Program-made: the position numbers and the translations under genes | The notes under the pieces: model-generated | What the model saw: the letters and a program-made list of their open reading frames with translations, nothing else | Database searches by the model: none | What the model was told of the DNA's origin: nothing | Source: an uncultured Candidatus Rokubacteria bacterium | GTDB taxonomy: Bacteria; Methylomirabilota; Methylomirabilia; Rokubacteriales; DASRDR01 | Assembly: GCA_963708025.1 (NCBI GenBank) | Contig: CAVPSB010000044.1 | Location: 64,001-128,000 of the forward strand | DNA: 64,000 nt | Direction: 5' to 3' | In this document: in pieces, positions 45,209-54,536 of the stretch | How positions within the stretch are numbered: the first letter of the stretch is position 1 | How the letters are laid out: the number at the start of each line of letters is the position of its first letter

Positions 45209-46192
45209 TCAGGGCGCGTGCCGCTCGCGCCCGGCCTCCGTCCGGATCTCCATGAACGCCCGCACGATCTCGGGATCGAGCTGGCCGGTCCGCGCCCCCT
45301 CCAGCAGGATCCGGAGCGCCTCCGCCTCTTCGAGGGGTGGCTTGTAGGGGCGCCGCGTCCGCAGGGCGTCGTAGACGTCCACCACCGCCATGAGGCGGGC
45401 CAGGTGGGGGATCTCCTCACCGACCAGCTTGTCGGGGTAGCCGTGGCCGTCGATCCGCTCGTGGTGGTGGCGGATGAGCGGCCGGACCAGGGACAGCGTG
45501 CGCATGGGCGTGGCGAGCCGATCGCCGGCGTCGGGGTGCTCCCGGATCATCCGCCACTCGTCGGGGGTGAGGGGCCCCGCTTTCAGCAGCACGGCGTCCG
45601 GCACTCGGATCTTCCCCAGATCGTGCAGGAAGCCGCCCAGCCGGAGCGCGCTCAGCTCTTCGTGGCCGAGCCCCAGCCGCTCGCCCAGCTCCACCGCGTA
45701 GCTGGCCAGCCGGACGCAGTGGCCGGCGGTGTAGGTGTCGCGCGCCTCGATGGTCAGGGCGAGCGTCGTGATCATGCTCTCCGCCTGCTCCAGCTCCTCG
45801 ACCACCCGCTTGAGGCGGATCAGGGCGCGGAGGCGGGCGCGCAGCTCCCGCAGGTGGACGGGCTTGGTGAAGTAGTCGTCGGCGCCGGCCTCGAGCCCGG
45901 CCACCCGGGTGTCCAGCTCGCCCTGGGCGGTCAGGAGCACGACCGGGATGAGGTGGGTCGCCTGGTCGGCCTTGAGCTGGCGGCAGAGCTCGATTCCGGT
46001 GATCCCGGGCATGCGGACGTCGAGGAGGATGAGGTCGGGCAGCTCGCCGGTGATGTTGGCGAGGGCTTCTTCCGCGGACCCCGCCTCGCGGGTTGCGTAC
46101 CCCAGGTGCTCGACGGAATCCCGGATCGTCTCGCGGACCACCGGGTCGTCGTCGACGATCAGGACGCGGGCCCGGCCGGGCGTGGTGCTCAT
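45209..46192 (-). CDS. Response regulator with HD-GYP phosphodiesterase domain
   Basis: REC domain (VDDD, LLDVRMP, KP) followed by HDLGK and HHERIDGHGYP. Confidence 0.92.
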   Translation of the reverse strand: MSTTPGRARVLIVDDDPVVRETIRDSVEHLGYATREAGSAEEALANITGELPDLILLDVRMPGITGIELCRQLKADQATHLIPVVLLTAQGELDTRVAGLEAGADDYFTKPVHLRELRARLRALIRLKRVVEELEQAESMITTLALTIEARDTYTAGHCVRLASYAVELGERLGLGHEELSALRLGGFLHDLGKIRVPDAVLLKAGPLTPDEWRMIREHPDAGDRLATPMRTLSLVRPLIRHHHERIDGHGYPDKLVGEEIPHLARLMAVVDVYDALRTRRPYKPPLEEAEALRILLEGARTGQLDPEIVRAFMEIRTEAGRERHAP

Positions 46193-46239
46193 GACCGGGA
46201 CCGTGGCGGCGCCGGGCACGAGCGCGGAGCGGATGGTCT

Positions 46240-46334
46240 CTGTTCGGGACCTCCCGCCCACCCCCCAGCCCCCCGTCCCCCAGTGTCTGGACGGCCTTCG
46301 GCCTGTGGCGGGGGGGAGGGGGGTATCGGAGCCC
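46240..46334. repeat. Family C element, copy 4
   Basis: CTGTTCGGGACCTCCCGCCCACCC...CGGAGCCC upstream of the HD-GYP gene. Confidence 0.8.
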
Positions 46335-46344
46335 CTGCCTACTC

Positions 46345-48783
46345 TCACGATTTGACGGGGAGGTTGACGGTGAACCAGGTGCCCCGGTCCACCTCGCTCT
46401 CGACGGAGATCTTGCCGCCCAGGAGCTGGACCAGACGCCGGGTCACTGTCAGCAGCAGGCCGGTTCCCGGCAGCTTCCGGGTGCCCCGGGGGGCCACCAG
46501 GAGAAACGGCTCGAAGAGCTTCGCCTGCTCCTCGGTGGTGAAGCCGGCGCCGTCGTCCGCCACCGTCAGCACGACCTCGGGGCCCTTGAGGTAGCAGCTG
46601 ACGCGGATCTCGCCGAGCTCGGTGTACTTCGCCGATGTCGTCACGAGGTTCGTGAGGATCTGCTCGACGCGCCGGGCGTCGGAGACCACCTGGCCGACCT
46701 CGGGCTTGACGTCGGTCACGATGCGATTGCCGCGGGCGGCCGCCCGCGGCTGGAGGGTCCGCACGATCCGCTGGACCATCTCGGGCAGGTTGAACGACGC
46801 CCTGGCCGTCTTGAGCTGCTGGCCGTTGATGGCGGAGAGCGTCACCAGGTTGTCGATCAGCTCGATGATCTCCTCGCCGCGGGTGTGCAGGATCTCGAGC
46901 TGCTGCTGGGCCTCGGCCCCCAGCGGCTTCTGGATCCCGTCGAGCAGGAAGCGTGGCAGGTCGAGGAGTGCCGTGAGCGGGCCTCGCAGCTCCTCGCTGA
47001 CCGTCTTCTGGAGCTGCGCCCGCATCCGCTTGGCCTCCTCCGCCGCCGGGTCCATCCGGATGACTTCTTTGATCTGCACCGTGGGCTGGACCTGCATCCG
47101 GATCGTCTGCTGCAGCTCCTCGGTCTGGCGCCGGGCCGCCTGGGCCTGCCGGTCCGCCTCCGCTTTCTCCATCGCGGCCTTCTGCAAGGCCTCCATCTGC
47201 TCGGCGACCTTCGCCTCGAGGCCCACGGTGTTCCGGCGGACGTCCTCCAGCGCCCGCTCGTGCTCGAGGGCCTGGGTCGTGCGGCGCGCCATCGCCTCCA
47301 ACCGCTGGACCTCGCCGTCGGTGAAGGTGTGGGGGTTCCGGTAGCCGACCTCCACCGCCCCGATCACCCGCTCCCCCGAGAGAACCGGCACGGCGGCGAG
47401 GGAGCGCAGGCCGATCGCCCTGATGTAGGGCTCCTCGACCCGGTAGTCGCCCTCGACGTCTTCGATGAGGATCGCCTCCCGCCCGCCCATCACGGCGCCC
47501 GCCAGCCCCTGGCCGCGTCGGAGCACGCCGTCCGTCGGCGTGGCGCCGAAGCCGACCGCCGCCTTGGTGACCAGCCCGGCGTCCTCCTGCACGACGAGGA
47601 CGCCGGCGTCGGCTCCCATGCCGACCACCATCTTCCGGAGCAGCTCCGGCAGCACGGCGCTGACCGAGCGATCGCTGCCGATCGCGGCGCCGGCCGCCTC
47701 CTCGACCTGGCTGACGGCCTCGTGCTCGCGCTGCTTGTTCCGGAGCCAGCCGACCACCCGGTTGAAGGATTCGGTGAGGGCGCCGACCTCGCCGCCGGCC
47801 GTGAGCGGGATGGTCGTCGGGAGGTCACCCGTCTCCAGCCGGCTCATGGCGGCGCGCAGCCGGCCCATCCCGGCCGCGGTCCGCCGGGCCATGGCGAGGG
47901 CGAGGGCCAGACTCAGGACCGCGATGACCGCCACACCCCCGGCGACCTGGGCCAGCAGGCTCCGCGCATCCGCGAGGACCTGCGCCGAGGGATGGCCGAC
48001 CGCCAGCACCCAGCCGACCGGACGGATCGGCGCCGTCCCGCCTAGCCGCATCTCGCCGTCCGCGAACACGATCTCCCCGGTCGTCTGGCGCTCCCGGGTC
48101 TCGGCCCCGCCCGGGACGCTCTGCATGAGGAAGAGGCTGGGCTGGCGGGCGACGACCACGCCCCGGTCCGTCATAACCTCCGCGACCGTGCCCTCCCGCA
48201 GGCGGCCGCGGGCGAGGAGATCCTGGAAGCGTCGCAGGTTGAGGTCGCCCGCGACGACTCCCCGGAACTGGTTGTCGGCGGTGCGGACCGCGGTGTAGAC
48301 GCCGACGGTGACGTCCTGGCCCGGTTGCCGGGGCTCGCCGATGAAGGGCTGGGTCGAGGTCGCCGCCCGCTTGAACCACTCCTGGTCGCCCAGCACCGGT
48401 CGACGACCCTCCGGCTGGCCACCGGCGGCGGCGATTACCGCGCCGACGGGGTCCAGCACCAGCACCTGGTCGAAGTCGGGGTAGGTCTGGCGGAGGCGGC
48501 GGGCCTGAGCCTCGGCGGCGGCCGGGGTAGCGCCGGCGGCGGCGACCGCGTCCGCGGCGGCGCCGATGCCGTCGACTCGCGCGGTCAGATGCCCCTCGAG
48601 CTGGGTCGCCAGCGCGCGGGCCTGGCTCAGGCCCTCCTGCTGGACGCGCCCCTTCTCCCGGCCGACCTGGGCGTAGCCGAAATAGGAGAAGAGCGCAAGG
48701 AAGGGGAGGATGCTGGCGAGCGCGACCGCCAGAAAGGTCCGGCGGAGCGAGCCGCGGCCCCCTCCCCCGGCCGCCCTCGGCAT
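46345..48783 (-). CDS. Membrane sensor with Cache-like, HAMP, GAF and degenerate HisKA/HATPase domains
   Basis: Two TM segments, HAMP (EVGALTESFN), GAF, H-box SEELRGPL, DDGAG and GTWF. Confidence 0.85.
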   Translation of the reverse strand: MPRAAGGGGRGSLRRTFLAVALASILPFLALFSYFGYAQVGREKGRVQQEGLSQARALATQLEGHLTARVDGIGAAADAVAAAGATPAAAEAQARRLRQTYPDFDQVLVLDPVGAVIAAAGGQPEGRRPVLGDQEWFKRAATSTQPFIGEPRQPGQDVTVGVYTAVRTADNQFRGVVAGDLNLRRFQDLLARGRLREGTVAEVMTDRGVVVARQPSLFLMQSVPGGAETRERQTTGEIVFADGEMRLGGTAPIRPVGWVLAVGHPSAQVLADARSLLAQVAGGVAVIAVLSLALALAMARRTAAGMGRLRAAMSRLETGDLPTTIPLTAGGEVGALTESFNRVVGWLRNKQREHEAVSQVEEAAGAAIGSDRSVSAVLPELLRKMVVGMGADAGVLVVQEDAGLVTKAAVGFGATPTDGVLRRGQGLAGAVMGGREAILIEDVEGDYRVEEPYIRAIGLRSLAAVPVLSGERVIGAVEVGYRNPHTFTDGEVQRLEAMARRTTQALEHERALEDVRRNTVGLEAKVAEQMEALQKAAMEKAEADRQAQAARRQTEELQQTIRMQVQPTVQIKEVIRMDPAAEEAKRMRAQLQKTVSEELRGPLTALLDLPRFLLDGIQKPLGAEAQQQLEILHTRGEEIIELIDNLVTLSAINGQQLKTARASFNLPEMVQRIVRTLQPRAAARGNRIVTDVKPEVGQVVSDARRVEQILTNLVTTSAKYTELGEIRVSCYLKGPEVVLTVADDGAGFTTEEQAKLFEPFLLVAPRGTRKLPGTGLLLTVTRRLVQLLGGKISVESEVDRGTWFTVNLPVKS

Positions 48784-48849
48784 GCTACCGGCTCGCGCGG
48801 GTAGTCGATGTCGCGAAAATCACGGGCTCAGGCTACCACGACAGGGGCG

Positions 48850-49125
48850 CTAGCCGGAAAGGTCGGCGACCGCGCCTGCCCGCGCCCCCGCACGGAAGAC
48901 CTGGAGATGGCGGAGCTCCGTCCACGCGGCGCGCTCGGTGGGCTCGAGCAGGCGCCGGCGATCCGTCGCCCGGCGCTCCACCCCCTCGTGGCGTCCGCCC
49001 CGCCGGCGCTCGCCCAGGCGGCGATCGAACAGCACCTCGGCGGTGCCGGCGTAGCGGCGGCAGAGCGCTGCGAAGAGGCTCCGCTGATGTCGCTGGACGA
49101 TGACCAGGCACTCGGCGTGATCCAT
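48850..49125 (-). CDS. Small protein with DRR/ERR arginine repeats
   Basis: GGAGGG SD before ATG 49125; DRRLGERRR...ERRATDRRR; own promoter upstream. Confidence 0.65.
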   Translation of the reverse strand: MDHAECLVIVQRHQRSLFAALCRRYAGTAEVLFDRRLGERRRGGRHEGVERRATDRRRLLEPTERAAWTELRHLQVFRAGARAGAVADLSG

Positions 49126-49180
49126 GGCACCCTCCCTCGCCGGCGGGTTTCCTCCTGTGGCTAAGCGGCCGGGTGCGCTG

Positions 49181-49209
49181 ACGATACGCTTGGCGAGGCC
49201 GGGCGTCAA
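49181..49209 (-). promoter_or_regulatory. Sigma-70-like promoter
   Basis: TTGACG-N17-TATCGT. Confidence 0.6.
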
Positions 49210-49249
49210 GCCGATCGGCGCCGTATCGGCGCCCGGGCAGCCCCCCTGC

Positions 49250-49783
49250 CTACCGCCCGAGTACCCTCTCCACAGTCAACCGCAGGACGTCGAGACTCAC
49301 CGGCTTTTCCAGCCGAGCGACGACATTCGCCTGCGAGGCGACCTCATCGGGCAGATCACCGAGGAATCCGGAGAGCACGACGATCGGGACTCCGCGCGAC
49401 CGGGCGAGAAACTCCACACCGGACAGGCGCGGCATCCGGAGGTCGAGGAGGATCAGGTGAGGCAGCAGCTCCTTGGTGAGATCCAGCGCCTCGACCCCAT
49501 CCTCGGCCGTCAGGACCGAGTAGCCGACGGCGGTCAGCACGCGCCCGAGAAGCAGCCGGATCGACCGGTCGTCCTCGGCGACCAGGATCCACTTCCGGGC
49601 CCTGATGCCTTCCCCTTTGGTAACCGGCTCCAGCTGTCGCCGCGACGCGCCGATCGGTCCGGACTCGCGGGTGGAGGGTCCTCGGCGGAGCCGGGAGAGG
49701 CGGAGACAGGCCGGTCCCAGGAGCGCCCGGCTTGAGCGCCGCAGGTGAGCCGTCCGCTGGCGTGACGTGGAACGAGAGATCAT
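49250..49783 (-). CDS. Single-domain response regulator (start uncertain)
   Basis: ILVAEDD, LLDLRMP, VLSG and EKP in the last ~115 aa. Confidence 0.8.
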   Translation of the reverse strand: MISRSTSRQRTAHLRRSSRALLGPACLRLSRLRRGPSTRESGPIGASRRQLEPVTKGEGIRARKWILVAEDDRSIRLLLGRVLTAVGYSVLTAEDGVEALDLTKELLPHLILLDLRMPRLSGVEFLARSRGVPIVVLSGFLGDLPDEVASQANVVARLEKPVSLDVLRLTVERVLGR

Positions 49784-49960
49784 GTGACCCATTCCCTTCG
49801 AAACCGCGTGGATAGAGCAAACCGAATGCCAGACGCGGGCGTGACCCGCATCGCATTGATTTTCCGTCAACGATCAGAGTCCCGGCCCCCGTGCTGACAC
49901 GCCGGCGGTGAGTTCCTGACCGGTCTGGCGAGATTCCCTCCGCCCTCGGGCGGGGGGCGA

Positions 49961-50347
49961 TCAGCCACGCGGCTCGCCCGTCCTGGCCGGCAGTGCCGCG
50001 CGCACCGCGGCCACCAGCCGCTCGAGCGAGATCGGCTTCTCGAGCACGGCGGCGACGCCGAAGTCCCGCGCCTGCGCGGCCAGCTCCGGGGTCATCGATC
50101 CCGAGTAGAGGATCAGCGGGAAGTCCGCGTCGGTCCCGCGCAGCGCGGCGAGCAGGTTCAGCCCATTCATGCCCGGGAGCTGGTAGTCGGCGAGGACCAG
50201 GTTGAACCGGCGGTGCGCCAGCGCGTCCAGCGCTTCCGTGGCATCGGCGACGGCGACCGCCTCGAGCCCGGCGTCCGTCAGGGCCCCCATGAGCGCGGCG
50301 CGGACGGTCCGGGAGTCCTCGACCACGAGGACACGAGGGGGACTCAC
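49961..50347 (-). CDS. Single-domain response regulator
   Basis: VLVVEDS, LADYQLPGMNG, YSG and EKP motifs; GTGA overlap with the upstream gene. Confidence 0.85.
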   Translation of the reverse strand: MSPPRVLVVEDSRTVRAALMGALTDAGLEAVAVADATEALDALAHRRFNLVLADYQLPGMNGLNLLAALRGTDADFPLILYSGSMTPELAAQARDFGVAAVLEKPISLERLVAAVRAALPARTGEPRG

Positions 50348-50565
50348 CTCACGCCTGCTCTGCGCGTCCCGGGCGGCGGCGAGGGGGCGCGGGTCTCCAG
50401 CAGCCACCCGACCCCCCAGAGCATGAGCCCACCCATGATGAGGCCGACGAGGGTTCCGGACACGAACGTGGCCGCCCCCGTGAACACCCAGGCGGTCACC
50501 GACCAGACGAGCACGCCGGTGAGCATGAGGCCGACGAGCAAGGTGATGACGTCGCGACCACTCAT
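50344..50565 (-). CDS. Small two-TM membrane protein
   Basis: GGGAGG SD, two hydrophobic helices; stop overlaps the start of the regulator. Confidence 0.65.
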   Translation of the reverse strand: MSGRDVITLLVGLMLTGVLVWSVTAWVFTGAATFVSGTLVGLIMGGLMLWGVGWLLETRAPSPPPGTRRAGVR

Positions 50566-50738
50566 GGATGGGGTCCCCTCCCGGGCTACCAAGCTACCCC
50601 AGAGGGCCCCGGAAAAAGAAGGAAAACCGCCCGGCCCCAGGAGTCCCGCGCGGGTAGCGCCGCCTGATCCCATCCCGGGGTTTCGCGTCTAATGGTTCCC
50701 CCAGTGGTAGCATCCGGTCAAACTCGAAGGGAGGGCAC

Positions 50739-50999
50739 ATGACGACACCGTTCGCGTTCCTGGCGAAGCCTTACAAGGACTTCACCAGCCTCAAGGGGGC
50801 CGAGGTCATGAAGAAGTACCGCGACGGCGTCGTGGTCAGCGGTCCGGTGCTCCGGACGTTGAAGGAGATCGGTGCTGCACGACGCCAGTTCCGAAGTGAG
50901 CGATCTGCGCGTGTGAGGACAACGCCAGCAGCTAGGATAGACCAAGACTGCCGACGACATCCTCGCGAGCCTAGACCGCTTTTGTCATCGAACCTCTAA
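50739..50999 (+). CDS. Hypothetical small protein or gene fragment
   Basis: TGgTAGCAT extended -10 and GGGAGG SD; coding-like first ~45 codons. Confidence 0.45.
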   Translation: MTTPFAFLAKPYKDFTSLKGAEVMKKYRDGVVVSGPVLRTLKEIGAARRQFRSERSARVRTTPAARIDQDCRRHPREPRPLLSSNL

Positions 51000-51018
51000 C
51001 TCGGGACACTAGCGCCGA

Positions 51019-51549
51019 ATGCCCACATTCGTCGGCCACGCGGCGGTGATCGCGACGGCCGGTGTGCTCGCCCGCGCCCGGCTGAAGGTCGTCCTGTGGG
51101 CGATCGGCTGCGCCGTCCTGCCCGATCTCGACGTGTTCGCTTATGGTTTCGGCGTGCCGTGGGACAGCATGCTCGGCCACCGAGGCTTCACCCATACCGT
51201 GCTCTTCGCGCTCCTTCTCGGCCCCGCCGCCGCCTGGCTCGGTTTTCGCGCCCGGCCCCGCCGCGGGTTCTGGCGGCTCACGGCGGTGTTCTCGGCCGCG
51301 ACGCTGTCGCACCCGGTGCTCGACGCCTTCACCAACGGCGGTCTCGGCATCCCCTTCTTCTGGCCGCTCGACGACACGCGATACTTCATGCCGTGGAGGC
51401 CGCTCGAGGTCTCGCCGTTCCTGCGCGGATTCTTCTCCGGGCGCGGCGCCGAGGTGGCGCTGAGCGAGCTGAAATGGATCGGTGTGCCGTGCGCGCTCGC
51501 GCTCGCCCTGTACGGCTTGCGCCGCCTGGCGGCGCGGCGGAGCAGATGA
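51019..51549 (+). CDS. YbcI/YdjM-type membrane metal-dependent hydrolase
   Basis: GH, LPDLD, GHRGFTH, SHPVLD and FFWP motifs. Confidence 0.85.
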   Translation: MPTFVGHAAVIATAGVLARARLKVVLWAIGCAVLPDLDVFAYGFGVPWDSMLGHRGFTHTVLFALLLGPAAAWLGFRARPRRGFWRLTAVFSAATLSHPVLDAFTNGGLGIPFFWPLDDTRYFMPWRPLEVSPFLRGFFSGRGAEVALSELKWIGVPCALALALYGLRRLAARRSR

Positions 51550-51690
51550 AGATCCGCATCCTCTCCGACCTGCACCTCGAGGCGGTCCCGTTCAACCCGC
51601 CACCGCGCCGGCGGACGTCGTGGTGCTGGCGGGCGACATCGACAACGGCGCGGAGGATCGAATGGGCGAAGGCGCGGTTCGACGCACCTC
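51546..51690 (+). pseudogene. Truncated, doubly frameshifted metallophosphoesterase
   Basis: MKIRILSDLHLE, then ADVVVLAGDID in another frame, then IEWAKARF, after which similarity ends. Confidence 0.75.
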
Positions 51691-51869
51691 AGCGGGCACA
51701 AGACGGCCAGCGTCTATCGCCGGTACCGGATCGTTGACGAGGACGACGTCCGCCAAGCCTTCGCCCGAATGCAGGCGGACCTAACGGAGCGGACGGTGGG
51801 AACGGTGGTGCCGCTCAGCGAGGCTCGCGGGTCCATCCGAACGGCGACCCGCACAAATCCCGCACACCA

Positions 51870-51896
51870 GAAGGGGCGGCTCGTCGCCGCCCCTTC
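51870..51896 (-). terminator. Hairpin downstream of the tRNA
   Basis: GAAGGGGCGGC-tcgtc-GCCGCCCCTTC. Confidence 0.5.
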
Positions 51897-51913
51897 TAAC
51901 TACACGGGATACT

Positions 51914-51989
51914 TGGTGGAGGGTAAGGGAGTTGAACCCTCGACCTCTGGAGTGCGATTCCAGCGCTCTCCCAACTGAGCTAACCCCCC
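51914..51989 (-). tRNA. tRNA-Ala(CGC)
   Basis: 76-nt cloverleaf with G3:U70, anticodon arm CTGGA-AT-CGC-AC-TCCAG and encoded CCA; TGGACA-N18-TATCGT upstream. Confidence 0.96.
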
Positions 51990-52309
51990 GGACGGACCTT
52001 ACGATACACCGGGGTCCGCGGGCTTGTCCACTCCGCGGCCGGTCCGGCCGGCAGGAGGCGCTGGCGACGAAGAAATGGACCTCCCTCCGTGCATGCCAAC
52101 AGCCCCGCGATGACGCCGGTCAGGAACACGCCGTCGAAGGTGCCGGCGCCGCCGATCGAGACCACCGGCGCTCCCAGCGCGGCGATGCGCTCGAGGTTGA
52201 GGAGGTCCGCGCCGATCAGGGTGCCCTGGGACCCCGCGACGTAGGCCACCGGTGGCGCCCGCCGAAACGCCATCACCAGGGCGACCGCCGCCGCGACGAT
52301 GGGGGGCAC
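51980..52309 (-). pseudogene. DUF1614-family C-terminal fragment
   Basis: GTLIGADLLNL and SIGGAGTFDGVFLTG present; N-terminal part absent; reads through into the tRNA. Confidence 0.7.
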
Positions 52310-52385
52310 GGATCATCGGAGTCGATCACCCCACTCGCCCGATCGAGCCGGTCGCGCCGAGGCGCGTAGTCTTTCCGGCGGTCGG

Positions 52386-53153
52386 TCAGGACCCCGCCGG
52401 CGGCTGCATGGCCCGCAGGAACGGGCTGAAGAGGTCGATCGGGACCGGGAAGAAGGTGGTCGTGTTGCGCTCGGAGGCCACCTCGCGCATGGTCTGGAGG
52501 AAGCGGAGCTGCACGGCGATGGGCGTGGCGGCCAGGACGGTGGCCGCCTGGGCCAGCTTCTCGGCGGCCTGGAACTCGCCCTCGGCGTTGATGACCTTGG
52601 CCCGCCGCTCGCGCTCGGCCTCGGCCTGCTTGGACATGGCGCGCTGCATGTCCTGGGGCAGGTCCACGTGTTTGACCTCCACGTTGCTGACCTTCACCCC
52701 CCAGGGGTCGGTCTGCTCGTCGATGATCCGCTGGAGCTGTTGGTTGATCTTGTCCCGCGAGGACAGGAGGTCGTCCAGCTCCACCTGGCCGAGCACGCTC
52801 CGGAGCGTGGTCTGGGCGATCTGGGAGGTCGCGTAGAGGTAGTCCTCGACCTGGACCACTGCCTGCCGGGGGTCGATCACGCGGAAGAAGATGACCGCGT
52901 TCACCTTGACCGAGACGTTGTCCCGGGTGATGACGTCCTGGGGCGGCACGTCCATCGCGATGGTCCGCAGGCTCACCTTGACCATCTTGTCCACGAACGG
53001 GATCAGGAGGATGATCCCCGGCCCCTTGGCGGCGATCAGGCGGCCGAGCCGGAAGATGACCCCCCGCTCGTACTCCCGGAGGATCTTGATCGCCGAGAAG
53101 AGGAAGTAGAGGACGACGACGATGGCCGCGACCAGCGAGATGCTCAGTTCCAT
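52386..53153 (-). CDS. SPFH/slipin (stomatin-like) protein
   Basis: [20 protein letters not shown] and [11 protein letters not shown] motifs. Confidence 0.94.
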   Translation of the reverse strand: MELSISLVAAIVVVLYFLFSAIKILREYERGVIFRLGRLIAAKGPGIILLIPFVDKMVKVSLRTIAMDVPPQDVITRDNVSVKVNAVIFFRVIDPRQAVVQVEDYLYATSQIAQTTLRSVLGQVELDDLLSSRDKINQQLQRIIDEQTDPWGVKVSNVEVKHVDLPQDMQRAMSKQAEAERERRAKVINAEGEFQAAEKLAQAATVLAATPIAVQLRFLQTMREVASERNTTTFFPVPIDLFSPFLRAMQPPAGS

Positions 53154-53181
53154 GATGTCCCCCGGTTTCTCCGCTTCCCGG

Positions 53182-54489
53182 CTAGACGCGCTTCACGCGC
53201 ACGGTCAGGCCGTCGACGCCGACGATCCGGACCTGCTCGCCCTCCCCGATGCGGTCGCCCTCCGACACCGCGCGCCAGATCTCGCCGCGCACGAAGACCT
53301 GGCCGTCGGGGTCGATCGGCGTCCGCACCATCCCCACCTGCCCGATCAGGCCGTCGGAGCCGGTCGCCGGCCGCTGGAGCTGAGCCCGGATCCCGGCCGA
53401 GATGGCGAAGACGAAGATCCCCGCGGTGGCCGCCACCACCGGGACGATGACCTTCCACGAGACCGACAGCGGCAGCTCGGGGGTGTTGACCAGCATGAGC
53501 GAGCCGAGCACGATGGCGATGATGCCGCCGATCGTCAGCACGCCGTGGCTCACGATCTTGATCTCGGCGACCAGCAGGACGATGCCGAAGAGGATCAGCA
53601 GGAGCCCGGCGTAGTTGATCGGCAGGCTCTGGAAGGCGAAGAAGGCCAGGATCAGCGAGATGCCCCCGATGACGCCGGGCAGGATGACGCCGGGGTTGGC
53701 CAGCTCGAAGAAGAGCCCCAGCATCCCGAGCATCATGAGGACGTAGGCGACGTTCGGGTCGGTGATCAGGGCGAGGAAGCGATCGCGCCAGCCGACGTCG
53801 ATGGGCCGGGCGGTGGCGTCCTTCGTCCGGAGCGTCACCATCCCGGCGGTCGTCTTGACCTGCCGCCCGTCGATCTTGGCGAGGAGGTCGGGCAGGCTGT
53901 CGGCGACGAGGTCGATGATCCCGAGCTTGAGGGCCTCCCGCTCGGTGGCCGAGACGCTCTGGCGGACGGCCTTCTCGGCCCACTCGACGTTCCGGCCCCG
54001 CTCCAGCGCCACCGTCCGGATGAAGGCGGCGGCGTCGTTCTCGATCTTCTTCATCGACTCCTTGTCGATCTGCCCGCCCCCGGCGGCCACCGGGTGGGCC
54101 GCGCCGATGTTGGTGGCCGGCGCCATGGCGGCGACGTGGGCGGCCATCGTGATGAAGGCCCCGGCCGAGGCGGCCCGGGCGCCGGTGGGCGAGACGTAGA
54201 CGACCACCGGGATGGGCGCGTTCAGCATGTCCCGGACGATGGAGCGCATCGACCGCTCGAGGCCCCCGGGGGTGTCGAGCTGGATGACCAGGGCCGCGGC
54301 CCCCTCGGCCTTGGCCTGCTGGATGGCGCCGCTGACCAGCCGGACCGCGATCGGGCTGATGACCCCGTCGAGCTGGAGGGTGGAGACCGTGGCCGCGCCG
54401 GCCGGCCCGGCCGCGGCGAGCGCCAGGGCCAGGCCCAGGGCGGCCGGGAGTCGCCATCCGAGAGAGACAGCGAGGCCGCGTGGCGTCAT
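53182..54489 (-). CDS. nfeD: NfeD-family membrane protease
   Basis: LDTPGG, RAASAG, NIGAAHP and a C-terminal OB domain (GEIWRA). Confidence 0.92.
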   Translation of the reverse strand: MTPRGLAVSLGWRLPAALGLALALAAAGPAGAATVSTLQLDGVISPIAVRLVSGAIQQAKAEGAAALVIQLDTPGGLERSMRSIVRDMLNAPIPVVVYVSPTGARAASAGAFITMAAHVAAMAPATNIGAAHPVAAGGGQIDKESMKKIENDAAAFIRTVALERGRNVEWAEKAVRQSVSATEREALKLGIIDLVADSLPDLLAKIDGRQVKTTAGMVTLRTKDATARPIDVGWRDRFLALITDPNVAYVLMMLGMLGLFFELANPGVILPGVIGGISLILAFFAFQSLPINYAGLLLILFGIVLLVAEIKIVSHGVLTIGGIIAIVLGSLMLVNTPELPLSVSWKVIVPVVAATAGIFVFAISAGIRAQLQRPATGSDGLIGQVGMVRTPIDPDGQVFVRGEIWRAVSEGDRIGEGEQVRIVGVDGLTVRVKRV

Positions 54490-54536
54490 GGGTGACCTCA
54501 TGATAGCACGCGGCCGGCCCCCCGGGCCGCCGTCCG

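Noticed and set aside
49670-49679. GGTGGAGGGT as an att duplicate of the tRNA 3' end
   Set aside because: Only 10 nt, and a longer chance match occurs inside lpxK at about 563-575.
51769-51978. 69-aa ORF antisense to the tRNA
   Set aside because: Its end is the reverse complement of the tRNA; at most a remnant, not a supported gene.
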